Assembly (NCBI GenBank): GCA_045863335.1
Contig: BTVY01000013.1
Span: 72,612-136,611, forward strand
Origin: Candidatus Hydrogenedentota bacterium
Lineage (GTDB): Bacteria > Hydrogenedentota > Hydrogenedentia > Hydrogenedentales > SLHB01
Reading direction: 5' to 3'
Length of the DNA: 64,000 nucleotides
Below the pieces are notes generated by a model. It had not been told where the DNA came from. It ran no database searches and worked only from the letters and a program-made list of their open reading frames with translations. A program made the position numbers and the translations under genes. This document shows positions 18,033-31,611 of this stretch, piece by piece; the stretch's first letter is position 1, and each line of letters starts with the position of its first letter.

Positions 18033-19421
18033 ATGAACAGGCGGCAGTTTCTTATTCAGTCCGGGGCTGGAGTCTTGGGCGCGAACATGTTGGGCCGCGC
18101 CGCGCGGGCCCAGCAACCGAACCGGCCGAACATCATCTTCATAATGGCGGACGACCTGGGCTACGGCGATATCGGGTGTTACGGCCAGAAGGAAATCCAG
18201 ACGCCCAACATCGATCGCCTTGCCGCGGAAGGTACGCGCTTCACGCAGTGCTACTCTGGATCGACGGTCTGCGCGCCGAGCCGGTGCTGTCTCATGACGG
18301 GGATGCACGGTGGCCACGCCCGCATCCGCGACAACATCCCCCACGAGATCTTCCTGCGCCCAGACGACCTCACGGTCGCGGAGGTCTTGAAGCAGGCCGG
18401 GTACGCGACCGGCGCCATCGGCAAGTGGAGCCTTGGCGAACCGGGTTCCTGGGGTATTGCGAACTACCAGGGCTTCGACTACTTCTATGGCCACCTGAAT
18501 CAGGACCAGGCGCATTTCTACTATCCCGACTATCTGTGGGAAAACGACAAGATCAAATTGCTGTCTGGCAACCGAGGCCAGGGGCGGAAAGAATACACCC
18601 ACGATCTCTTCACGGAACACGCGTTACAGTTCATCCAGCAGCACGCGGACGATCCGTTCTTCCTCTATCTCCCGTACACGATCCCCCATTGGTCGGATTA
18701 CCCGCGGGACTCGCCCGAATCGCAAATCGTGCCAAGCGATGAGCCTTATACCAACCGCGACTGGCCGCAGACGGAAAAGAACTACGCGGCCATGATCACG
18801 CGCATGGATCGGGACGTGGGCCGGATCATGGATCTCGTCAAGTCGCTCGGGCTCGATGAAAACACGCTCATCGTGTTCACCAGCGATAACGGCCCGTGCA
18901 AGACGGACAGCCACGACCCCGAGTTCTTCAACAGCACAGGGCCCTTCCGCGGATACAAGCGCGACGTCAACGAAGGCGGCATCCGCATTCCCATGATCGC
19001 GCGATGGCCCGGAAAGATCCCGGCGGGAAAGACCAGCGAACAGGTCTGGGCCTTCTGGGATGTCATGCCGACGCTGGCGGAAGTCGCGGGTTTGCCGGCG
19101 CCGAAGGGGATCGATGGCATATCCATGCTCCCCGCCCTATTGGGCAAGGAACAGATCGAACAACATGAGTATCTCTACTGGGACTATGGGCACCAGCGCG
19201 AGGTCTACATGCAGGCGATCCGTTGGGGTGATTGGAAGGGCCTCCGCATCGGCGCGGACGCCCCCATCGAACTCTACGACGTCGTGAAGGATCCCGGCGA
19301 GCAGAACAATGTCGCCGATCAATATCCGGAGGTGGTCAAGCAAATCGAGACATACATGCGCGAAGCCTACACACCATCCGACGATTACCGGCTTGGCGAA
19401 ATCTATGTGCGCAAATCCTAG
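18033..19421 (+). CDS. Tat-exported arylsulfatase
   Basis: MNRRQFL Tat motif; PNIIFIMADDLG, CAPSR, GKW, TSDNG and EGGIRIP motifs. Confidence 0.93.
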   Translation: MNRRQFLIQSGAGVLGANMLGRAARAQQPNRPNIIFIMADDLGYGDIGCYGQKEIQTPNIDRLAAEGTRFTQCYSGSTVCAPSRCCLMTGMHGGHARIRDNIPHEIFLRPDDLTVAEVLKQAGYATGAIGKWSLGEPGSWGIANYQGFDYFYGHLNQDQAHFYYPDYLWENDKIKLLSGNRGQGRKEYTHDLFTEHALQFIQQHADDPFFLYLPYTIPHWSDYPRDSPESQIVPSDEPYTNRDWPQTEKNYAAMITRMDRDVGRIMDLVKSLGLDENTLIVFTSDNGPCKTDSHDPEFFNSTGPFRGYKRDVNEGGIRIPMIARWPGKIPAGKTSEQVWAFWDVMPTLAEVAGLPAPKGIDGISMLPALLGKEQIEQHEYLYWDYGHQREVYMQAIRWGDWKGLRIGADAPIELYDVVKDPGEQNNVADQYPEVVKQIETYMREAYTPSDDYRLGEIYVRKS

Positions 19422-19445
19422 TACCTGACCTGGGGAGACGGGACC

Positions 19446-19628
19446 ATGGAGTTACAGAAGGCGCGCGAGAACGAATTTCCTTTGTGCCCGCATTGTGAAC
19501 AAGAGTTGCGCGAAATCGTCGCGCGCCAATTCGACAAAGGCTTCTTCAAGGTCACGGACAAGTACGTCTATTTCTGTCCCCACTGCCACAAGACCTTGGG
19601 GATCGGTCAATCCGCCTGGATGCCGTAA
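19446..19628 (+). CDS. 60-aa zinc-ribbon protein
   Basis: CPHC-x24-CPHC; GGGGAG/GGGA RBS. Confidence 0.7.
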   Translation: MELQKARENEFPLCPHCEQELREIVARQFDKGFFKVTDKYVYFCPHCHKTLGIGQSAWMP

Positions 19629-19760
19629 GGCGATGGCAAAATTGTGGAAGAGTCCCTCTATGTCGTACGCTCAAGCACGGTGGCTGATTTGCGGCTGTCG
19701 TGGCGGGGTTGCGTGTCATGACTCCTCTCGGAGTAAGGCATCGCCCTGGAGGCGAAGTCC

Positions 19761-21044
19761 ATGATTGAAATCGACTGTCCTCATTGCGGGTTTGCCCTGC
19801 GTATCAAAACCAAATACGCGGGCCGCGAGGGCAAGTGTGCGAAGTGCAATGGCCGGCTAACGGTGCCCGCCCTCGCGCCCGCTGAGCCGCCTCTCCAACG
19901 GGAACTGCCCACCCCGAAACCCCGGCACCGGGCCGAGCCTGTCGAGTCGACCGCCCTTGCCGACCTCGAAGACGCGCCTCCACCGAAACCGGCAAGACCC
20001 GCGCCGGCCCCCGTGTCCACATCGCTAGATGACCTCGATCGCGTGGACGACGATTGGCAGGAGCCGGCCGAGATCGAGAATCTCTTGCGGGAGCCGCAAG
20101 CCCGAAAGACGAGGCATGTCTTGGGGATCGTTGTGGCGGTCGTTCTCGGCATACCGTTTCTCGTGTTTACGCTATACGCCATGGTTAACGCCATGGGCAG
20201 CGGAGGTGGATCGACAACCGTTGAACCGGCCGCAACCGGTACGGTTGCCGCGCAGGATGCTCCCGCGCCCCAGGTGGCCTTGCGACCGCCCCAACCTCTC
20301 GGCCCCGCGCCCAGCCGCGGCACCCAGTCCAACTCGGCCTACGCAACCACGGGACTGCCGACCTATCCGGGGCTGCAGTTCGCGGCGGCGCAGAACCAGG
20401 AGAATCCCATGTTCTCCACCTTGACCGGCGTGGATCCGGCTTCCGCCCGCACGTTTCGCGCCGTCACGCCAGAGGGCTACGAGGCGGTCTCGACTGCCTT
20501 CTATCAACAATTCGAAGCCCAAGGTTGGACCATCACGAGTTCCGGCTACGGCAACCAGGCGAACAAGGAAGTGTTTATCGTGGCGCAGAAGGGCAATCAG
20601 ACCCTGGCGTATTGCACGGTCGCCCATACCGGCGGCACGGCCGTGTTTATTACCATCGCGGGGACTCCGGCATCGGTTGCATCGAGCGCGCCTTCGGAAG
20701 CCCCCATGGTCGCCATACCGCTCCACGAGTTTCCGCACTACCCCGGATTGGAGTTTGCGGGCACTTCGACCTTGCCGGAGTACACCATGCCTACCGGCAG
20801 CAAACCCAACTATCAGGCTGCGTACGAAGGCGTCGTCGCCGCCACGTTCGCCGATGTTTCCGCCTTCTACAAAGATTCCCTGGAAGCCGAAGGCCGTTGG
20901 GCATCGACCAGCTTCACGGAGTCGGACGGGAAGTTCACAGCCAAGGGAGGCCGGGGCGATTTTCGCTACGTGCTGGAGGGTAAACCCGTCACCCGCGGCA
21001 CCCATCTCGTGCTTGCCTTCGTCCAGCCCGGTACGCCATTCTGA
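19761..21044 (+). CDS. Bitopic membrane protein: N-terminal Zn ribbon, Pro-rich linker, TM helix, two related extracytoplasmic domains
   Basis: CPHC..CAKC; TM VLGIVVAVVLGIPFLVFTLYAM; repeated P.YPGL.FA ... VS.(A)FY...EA.G(R)W. Confidence 0.7.
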   Translation: MIEIDCPHCGFALRIKTKYAGREGKCAKCNGRLTVPALAPAEPPLQRELPTPKPRHRAEPVESTALADLEDAPPPKPARPAPAPVSTSLDDLDRVDDDWQEPAEIENLLREPQARKTRHVLGIVVAVVLGIPFLVFTLYAMVNAMGSGGGSTTVEPAATGTVAAQDAPAPQVALRPPQPLGPAPSRGTQSNSAYATTGLPTYPGLQFAAAQNQENPMFSTLTGVDPASARTFRAVTPEGYEAVSTAFYQQFEAQGWTITSSGYGNQANKEVFIVAQKGNQTLAYCTVAHTGGTAVFITIAGTPASVASSAPSEAPMVAIPLHEFPHYPGLEFAGTSTLPEYTMPTGSKPNYQAAYEGVVAATFADVSAFYKDSLEAEGRWASTSFTESDGKFTAKGGRGDFRYVLEGKPVTRGTHLVLAFVQPGTPF

Positions 21045-21112
21045 GTGGAACCTGCGACGCACGAGTCGCCCACCAATCCGTTTGAGTAACAGAGAAACTG
21101 GGATCGACAATT

Positions 21113-21144
21113 TCCCCCTTCGAAGGGGGACAAAGGGGGATGTT
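21113..21144. repeat. REP-like palindrome just upstream of fumC
   Basis: TCCCCCTTCGAAGGGGGACAAAGGGGGATGTT. Confidence 0.55.
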
Positions 21145-21151
21145 CTCCATC

Positions 21152-22543
<1,392 letters not shown>

Positions 22544-22588
22544 GCGCGGAGTATTGAAAGTTAGAGTTTCTAGCGGAGGCCGAATTGG

Positions 22589-22840
22589 ATGGCTACGTTT
22601 ACGTTGGAATTGCCCGAGAGTGTGCTTGCCGCCCTGCGTTTAGCGCCAGCGGATTTTCCAGGGGAGCTACGACTTGCGGCGGCCGTTACCTGGTATGAAA
22701 ACGGCAAAGTCCCCCAGGAAATCGCCGCCCAAATAGCAGGGTTGAACCGCACTGATTTTCTGCTCGCACTCGCACGTATGGGGCGCGACTCATTTCAGGT
22801 GGATACGAATGATTTGGACGAGGAACTTCCGCGTAGATAG
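22589..22840 (+). CDS. UPF0175-family HTH protein (putative antitoxin)
   Basis: ELRLAAAV.WYE.GKV....AAQIAGL.R..FL pattern; 83 aa. Confidence 0.75.
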   Translation: MATFTLELPESVLAALRLAPADFPGELRLAAAVTWYENGKVPQEIAAQIAGLNRTDFLLALARMGRDSFQVDTNDLDEELPRR

Positions 22841-22853
22841 ACCAGAGTGTGAC

Positions 22854-22991
22854 GTGAAAATCGATTCCGAGATAGAGGCCGCATGGGCCGCAGAAGCTGA
22901 AACCCGCAGACAGGCGATACTCTCCGGCATAACCTTAACGGTGTCAGGTCCTGAAGTCATCGCGCGTCTTCGGGAACGTTACAAACGATGA
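22854..22991 (+). pseudogene. Truncated putative addiction-module antitoxin (TIGR02574-like, C-terminal half)
   Basis: IEAAWAAEAETRRQAILSG....SGPEVIARLR; N-terminal half missing. Confidence 0.6.
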
Positions 22992-23089
22992 CCGTCCGCC
23001 TCACGCTAGAGGCAGTTCGAGAACTGGAACCGGCGGCTGCGTACCACGATTCCTGTTCGGCAGAAACTGGTGAGCTTTCATCTGACTGA
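22988..23089 (+). pseudogene. RelE/ParE toxin N-terminal remnant
   Basis: ATGA-coupled MTVRLTLEAVRELEPAAAYHD.. stops after 33 aa. Confidence 0.5.
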
Positions 23090-23346
23090 GAGGCTGTTGC
23101 TTCACGGCAACTGGGGAATCGTTTCGAAGCGGGCGAAGGACAAACGTTCTGCGCTATGCCTACCATCCTCCCTTTTTCGGGACTTCCCAGGTGCAAAGGG
23201 GTGTTAACTTTAGGTATGATAGGCTAGAATGGCTGCAAGAACGCGGCCGCATGTGCTTGGCCAAGGCAATTCGCAACGCTGAGGAGCGTATCCCCGAACT
23301 GGGGGACTGTGGGTCCCGTCGCTAAGGGCGGACACACGAGGTAGTT

Positions 23347-26208
<2,862 letters not shown>

Positions 26209-26362
26209 GCCAATCTGTGCGGGCCGTAAATCAGAAGGCAGATGACCAGGGAAAAATGGGAGATGTTCCTTTTTCATTTTGATTCGTGGACTAAGCGACT
26301 CAGCGGCCAGGTAAGAAAAAGGTAACTGTCCCTGATAGAGAATTCTTAGGAGAACATTCCGA

Positions 26363-27715
26363 ATGGCCGTTGAATTAAAAGTTCCGACGGTAGGCGAGTC
26401 GATCACGGAAGTGCAGATCGGCGCCTGGCGCAAATCGTCCGGTGATTGGGTCGAACAGGACGAAGCCGTCGTCGAATTGGAGTCTGACAAAGCCACCGTG
26501 GAGTTACCCGCACCCGTCGCCGGCACGATTACCGAAATCCTCAAGAAGGAAGGCGACACGGCCGAAGTCGGCGAAGTTATCGGGTATGTCGACGACTCCG
26601 GGAAGAAGGGCGACGGCAAGAGGACGTCGGACGAGAAAGTAGCGAAAAAGGAAGACGGCGAACCCAAGAGCAGGGTAGAAGACAAAAAGAAAGCCACGGT
26701 GGAAGTTCCCAAAGCGGATGCGGCCCAAGAGAAGGAACCTGCGGAGTCCAAGGCGAAATCTGAAGAATCGGACGTATCCGAAGAAGAAGCCATTGAATCC
26801 GCGCCCTCGAAGGCCAAAGCCCGCGTCATGCCGGCGGCCCGTCGCGCCATGGCGGAACATGGGCTTGATGTCGATGATGTGGAAGGGACCGGAGCCGGCG
26901 GCCGCATCCTGAAGGAGGATGTGCTCCGTATGGTCTCCGAAGATCGCCTTCGCAAAGAAGAAGCGAAGCCGAAGCCGGAATCACGCCCGGAGGAACCTGC
27001 CAAGGTTCGCGGTTCGCGCGACGAGGAGAGTGTGCCCATGACGCCCATGCGGCGTCGCATTGCGGAGCGGCTGGTCGAAGCGCAGCACACCGGCGCGCTG
27101 CTGACGACCTTCAATGAAATCGACATGAGCGGCGTAGTGGCTCTGCGCGAAGAGCACAAGGCCGAGTTCCAGGAGAAACACGGCGTCAAGCTCGGCTTCA
27201 TGTCGTTTTTTGTGAAAGCCTCCGTCGAAGCGCTCAAGGAGTATCCGAAGGTCAACGCGGAGATACGTCAAGACGACATCGTCTATCACCACTATTACGA
27301 CGTAGGCATCGCCGTTGGCGGCGGCAAGGGTCTGGTGGTTCCCGTGCTGCGCAACGCGGAAGCCATGTCCTTCGCCGGCATCGAAAAGCAGATCGCGGAT
27401 TTCGGCGCGCGCGCCCAGGAAAACAAGATCAAGTTGGAGGAACTGGAAGGCGGCACCTTCACAATCAGCAACGGTGGCGTCTACGGCTCGCTCTTGTCGA
27501 CGCCGATCGTCAACCCGCCGCAGAGCGGCATCCTGGGCTTGCACGCGATCCAGGATCGCCCGGTGGCGATTGACGGCCAGGTCGTGATTCGGCCCATGAT
27601 GTACGTGGCGCTCACGTACGATCACCGCATTGTCGACGGCCGCGAAGCGGTCACCTTCTTGCGGCATATCAAGAATTCCATTGAAAAGCCCGCACGGCTG
27701 TTGCTGGAGCTATAG
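26363..27715 (+). CDS. sucB: Dihydrolipoyllysine succinyltransferase E2
   Basis: Lipoyl motif [13 protein letters not shown] binding domain, LTTFNEIDM and YDHRIVDG motifs. Confidence 0.96.
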   Translation: MAVELKVPTVGESITEVQIGAWRKSSGDWVEQDEAVVELESDKATVELPAPVAGTITEILKKEGDTAEVGEVIGYVDDSGKKGDGKRTSDEKVAKKEDGEPKSRVEDKKKATVEVPKADAAQEKEPAESKAKSEESDVSEEEAIESAPSKAKARVMPAARRAMAEHGLDVDDVEGTGAGGRILKEDVLRMVSEDRLRKEEAKPKPESRPEEPAKVRGSRDEESVPMTPMRRRIAERLVEAQHTGALLTTFNEIDMSGVVALREEHKAEFQEKHGVKLGFMSFFVKASVEALKEYPKVNAEIRQDDIVYHHYYDVGIAVGGGKGLVVPVLRNAEAMSFAGIEKQIADFGARAQENKIKLEELEGGTFTISNGGVYGSLLSTPIVNPPQSGILGLHAIQDRPVAIDGQVVIRPMMYVALTYDHRIVDGREAVTFLRHIKNSIEKPARLLLEL

Positions 27716-27723
27716 AGAGACGC

Positions 27724-28257
27724 ATGATTCAATTCGTATCCGGCCCCAGAATGGCCCTGATTGGCAGCATTCTCGTCGCGACCGTCGGTTGTGACCAGTT
27801 GACCAAGTTTATCGCCCATGCGACCATGCGGCACTCGCACGGCCGCATCCCTATCGCGGGCGATTTGTTTTATCTTCAATACGCCGAGAACAGGGGCGGA
27901 TTCCTCAGTTTGGGCGCTTCGTTGCCGGAAAGCGCCCGCTTCTGGCTATTGACGGTGTTCACTGGCGCGATCCTCACTGGCATCGCCTACGTCCTGCTCA
28001 CGAACCGCGGCCTCTCCCGAACGGACGTCATCTCCCTCGGCCTTCTCCTCAGCGGGGGCGTGGGCAACCTGATTGACCGGGTCTTCCGCGACGGGACCGT
28101 CGTCGACTTCATGGTCATGGGCGTCGGCCCGGTCCGTACCGGCGTGTTCAACATCGCCGACGTGGCGGTCATGGCGGGCATCTTCTTGCTGTTCGCAAGC
28201 AAACTCTTCTCGCCCGCCGCGGAGGAAGGAGTCGTTCATGGCACGCAAGACTCATGA
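27724..28257 (+). CDS. lspA: Lipoprotein signal peptidase II
   Basis: DQLTK, N.GGF, GNLIDR, VVDF and FNIAD motifs. Confidence 0.9.
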   Translation: MIQFVSGPRMALIGSILVATVGCDQLTKFIAHATMRHSHGRIPIAGDLFYLQYAENRGGFLSLGASLPESARFWLLTVFTGAILTGIAYVLLTNRGLSRTDVISLGLLLSGGVGNLIDRVFRDGTVVDFMVMGVGPVRTGVFNIADVAVMAGIFLLFASKLFSPAAEEGVVHGTQDS

Positions 28258-29632
28258 CCTTGTCGTGATCGGCGGAGGGCCGGGCGGATACGTGGCGGCA
28301 ATCCGCGGCGCGCAACTCGGCATGAACGTCGCCTGTATTGAGAAGGAGAAACCTCTCGGCGGCACCTGCCTGCGCGTGGGATGCATCCCGAGTAAGGCAC
28401 TTCTCGAGTCGTCCGAGTTGTTTGTCGTCGCCCAACATGACCTCAAGAATCACGGCGTCAACGCCGGTTCCGTCGAACTCGACCTCGCCGCCATGCTCAA
28501 GCGCAAGGACGGCGTCGTTCGCGCTCTGACGCAAGGCATCGACGGCCTTTTCAAGAAGCACAAGATCACCCGCTACGAAGGGACCGGCCGCTTTGCGGGA
28601 CCGGGTCACGTTGTGGTGGACGGCCCCGACGGCGTCGAGATCGACGCCAAGAACGTCATTATTGCAACCGGCTCGAAATCCGCGCCCCTGGCGGGCGTCG
28701 AAGTGGACGGCGATCGCATCGGCACCAGCACCGAAGCCTTGTCCTACCCCGAAGTGCCCGAGCATCTCGTCGTCATTGGCGCGGGTTACATCGGCCTCGA
28801 ACTCGGCTCGGTCTGGCGCAGGCTCGGCGCAAAAGTTACCGTGCTGGAATACCTCGACCGCATCCTGCCGGGCATGGATCGCGAGCTGTCGCAGGAAGCC
28901 GAGAAGATCTTCAAGAAGCAGGGGCTCACGTTCCGGCTCGGCAGCAAGGTCACCGGCGCGCGCGTCGAGAAGGACGGAAAAACCTGTGTGGTCGAAATGG
29001 AAGGACAGGATTCCATCAAGTGCGACCGGGTTCTACTCGCCGTTGGGCGTGTGCCTAACACCGACGGGCTTGGTCTGGACGCAATCGGCATCGAACTCGA
29101 GAAACGGGGGACCATCCCCGTTGACGATCACTTTGCCACCAAGGCGGACAACGTGTATGCCATCGGCGATGTCATTCGAGGACCCATGCTCGCCCACAAG
29201 GCGGAAGAAGAAGGCGTCGCCTGTGTGGAGTTCATTGCAACCGGCTATGGTCATGTGAACTACGACGCGATTCCGGGCATCGTGTACACCCATCCCGAAA
29301 TCGCATCGGTCGGCAAGACCGAGGAACAACTGAAGGAACGCGAGATCGCCTTCACAAAAGGCGTTTTCCCATTCATCGCCAATGGCCGCGCCCGCGCGTT
29401 GGGCCAGACCGAAGGCCGCGTCAAGATTCTCGCCGACGCCGACACGGACCGTGTGTTGGGCGTCCACATCATCGGACCCCGCGCCGGCGACCTCATCGCG
29501 GAGTGCGCCATGGCCATGGAGTTCAGCGCCAGCAGCGAAGACATCGCCCGTACCTGCCACGCCCATCCCACCCTCGCCGAAGTCGTCAAGGAAGCCGCTC
29601 TGGCCGTGGCGCGGCGAGAGATTCATATCTAG
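28238..29632 (+). CDS. lpdA: Dihydrolipoyl dehydrogenase E3
   Basis: GGGPGGY, GGTCLRVGCIPSK, MLAHKA and HAHPTLAE motifs; start set at MARKTHD. Confidence 0.96.
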   Translation: MARKTHDLVVIGGGPGGYVAAIRGAQLGMNVACIEKEKPLGGTCLRVGCIPSKALLESSELFVVAQHDLKNHGVNAGSVELDLAAMLKRKDGVVRALTQGIDGLFKKHKITRYEGTGRFAGPGHVVVDGPDGVEIDAKNVIIATGSKSAPLAGVEVDGDRIGTSTEALSYPEVPEHLVVIGAGYIGLELGSVWRRLGAKVTVLEYLDRILPGMDRELSQEAEKIFKKQGLTFRLGSKVTGARVEKDGKTCVVEMEGQDSIKCDRVLLAVGRVPNTDGLGLDAIGIELEKRGTIPVDDHFATKADNVYAIGDVIRGPMLAHKAEEEGVACVEFIATGYGHVNYDAIPGIVYTHPEIASVGKTEEQLKEREIAFTKGVFPFIANGRARALGQTEGRVKILADADTDRVLGVHIIGPRAGDLIAECAMAMEFSASSEDIARTCHAHPTLAEVVKEAALAVARREIHI

Positions 29633-29672
29633 CGCGGGTGTTTTCCGATAGCCCCGACCAAGCGTGTGCTCC

Positions 29673-29798
29673 AAATCCGAAATCCGAAACGAATCTCCAA
29701 ATTCCAATGACCAAAACGGCAATTGCAAAAGGTGCAACACCCAAGTCCCCGGGGAGATCGTTTCGAGTTTTGGTCATTCGTGCTTGTTTCGAATTTCC
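29673..29798. repeat. AT-rich 7-bp-period inverted-repeat element (same family as 418-696)
   Basis: AAATCCGAAATCCGAAACGAAT..AATGACCAAAACG and GTTTTGGTCATT..TTGTTTCGAATTTC. Confidence 0.75.
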
Positions 29799-29928
29799 GA
29801 TCGCGTAGCCGCACCGTCGCACTGGCGCTCATCCGGCTTTACGAATTCCTTGGTTAAGAGGTATGATACCCGACGGGGGTGCCGCACCAAGTTTGCCGCG
29901 GCCGAGTATCGAGTATGGGGGAAGTCTC

Positions 29929-31482
29929 ATGCAGTCCACACAGACCAGTCCGGCGGAAAAACTGTGCACCGCCGACGAAGCCATAGCACACATCGCCGAC
30001 GGGGTAACCATTGCCATCGGCGGATTCGGTGGCGCCGCCCATCCCGAAGGCCTCATGGCGGCGCTGGAGCGACGCTTCCTCGCAGAGGGGCATCCGCGCG
30101 ATCTCACCCTCGTCTATGCCGCCGGTCAAGGCGATTTCCAAACCCGTGGACTCAATCACGCCAACCACGACGGCATGGTCCGTCGCATTGTCGGTGGACA
30201 CTGGGGGTTGGCGCCGGGATTGGGACGCCGCGCCCTGGAAGGCGATTTCGAAGCGTACAATATTCCCCAGGGTGTCATCTGCCAGTTGTTCCGGGATATT
30301 GCGGCCGGCAGGCCCGGCTGCATCACCCATGTCGGGCTCGACACCTTCATCGATCCTATCCACGGGGGCGGACGCCTCAACGACCGCACCCCGGAAGGTC
30401 TCGTCGAGCGGATTGAAATTGCCGGAAAGACCTGGCTCCTGTACCACAGCTTCCCCATTCACGTGGCGCTGATCCGCGCTACCTCCGCCGACGAACGCGG
30501 CAACCTCGTCATGGATAGGGAAGTCATCACGGGGGAAACCCTGGCTATCGCGCAGGCCGCGCACAACCACGGCGGTATTGTCATTGCCCAGGTCGAGTCC
30601 ATACGAGAAGAGCCCGCATCGCCGCAGATGGTGCGAGTGCCGGGCGCGATCGTCGACTACGTCGTGCTGGCGCAGCAAGGCGAACACGACCAGACCTTCG
30701 GCGAAGCCTTCAACCCGGCCTACTGCTCCTCCGCGCCTCCCGGCACCGACATGAGCGCACTGTTGCCTCTCATGGAGATGAGCGAGCGCCGCATCATCGC
30801 CGCCCGTGCTTACGATGAAATCTGTGACGGCGACATCGTCAACCTCGGTTTCGGCATGCCCGAAGGCGTCGCGCGCATTGCCGCGGAAAAGGGAACGCTT
30901 GACCATATCACCCTAACCGTCGAGAGCGGGCCTTTCGGAGGCATCCCCGCGGGGTTCATGAGCTTCGGCGCATCCAACTATCCCGAGGCCATTGTGAGCC
31001 AGCCGTCCCAGTTCGACTTTTACGACGGCGGGGGACTGGATATCGCGCTGCTCGGCGCCGCAGAGGTCGACGGCGAAGGCAACGTGAACGTCTCCAAGTT
31101 CGGGCCCAAACTCGCGGGCGTCGGCGGCTTCGTCAACATTACGCAATCCACCAAACGCGTCGTTTTCTGCGGGACCTTCACCGCTGGCGGCCTCCAAGTC
31201 GCGGTGGAAGACGGCAAACTCCGTATCGTAAACGAGGGCAAGAGTTCCAAGTTCGTCGAACGCGTGGAGCAGATATCCTTCTCAGCAAAGCGCGCGCTGT
31301 TGAGCGGGCAAGAGATCCTCTACGTCACCGAACGCGCGGTGTTCCGCCTCGTGGAAGGCGGCCTGGAACTCATCGAAGCCGCCCCCGGAATCGATGTGGA
31401 CACCCAAATCCTGGCGCTGGCCAAATGCAAGCTCATCGTCCGCGACGTGAAGCCTATGCCGGCGCATGTTTTTGAGACGTAG
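29929..31482 (+). CDS. Family I acyl-CoA:acetate/propionate CoA-transferase (YdiF/Pct-like, fused)
   Basis: AYNIPQG, VGLDTFIDP, NLGFGMP, catalytic TVESG, QFDFYDGGG and YVTERAVF motifs. Confidence 0.9.
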   Translation: MQSTQTSPAEKLCTADEAIAHIADGVTIAIGGFGGAAHPEGLMAALERRFLAEGHPRDLTLVYAAGQGDFQTRGLNHANHDGMVRRIVGGHWGLAPGLGRRALEGDFEAYNIPQGVICQLFRDIAAGRPGCITHVGLDTFIDPIHGGGRLNDRTPEGLVERIEIAGKTWLLYHSFPIHVALIRATSADERGNLVMDREVITGETLAIAQAAHNHGGIVIAQVESIREEPASPQMVRVPGAIVDYVVLAQQGEHDQTFGEAFNPAYCSSAPPGTDMSALLPLMEMSERRIIAARAYDEICDGDIVNLGFGMPEGVARIAAEKGTLDHITLTVESGPFGGIPAGFMSFGASNYPEAIVSQPSQFDFYDGGGLDIALLGAAEVDGEGNVNVSKFGPKLAGVGGFVNITQSTKRVVFCGTFTAGGLQVAVEDGKLRIVNEGKSSKFVERVEQISFSAKRALLSGQEILYVTERAVFRLVEGGLELIEAAPGIDVDTQILALAKCKLIVRDVKPMPAHVFET

Positions 31483-31611
31483 GCGGTCTCCGTAGGCGTG
31501 GCCGAAAGTCATGTCGGCAGGAGAATCCGACTAGGGCTACTTAACGCAACCGGCGCTGCTCCGTCTTTCTTCCAGAGACCGACGTGATATCGTGACTGGA
31601 GGAGACGGGCG

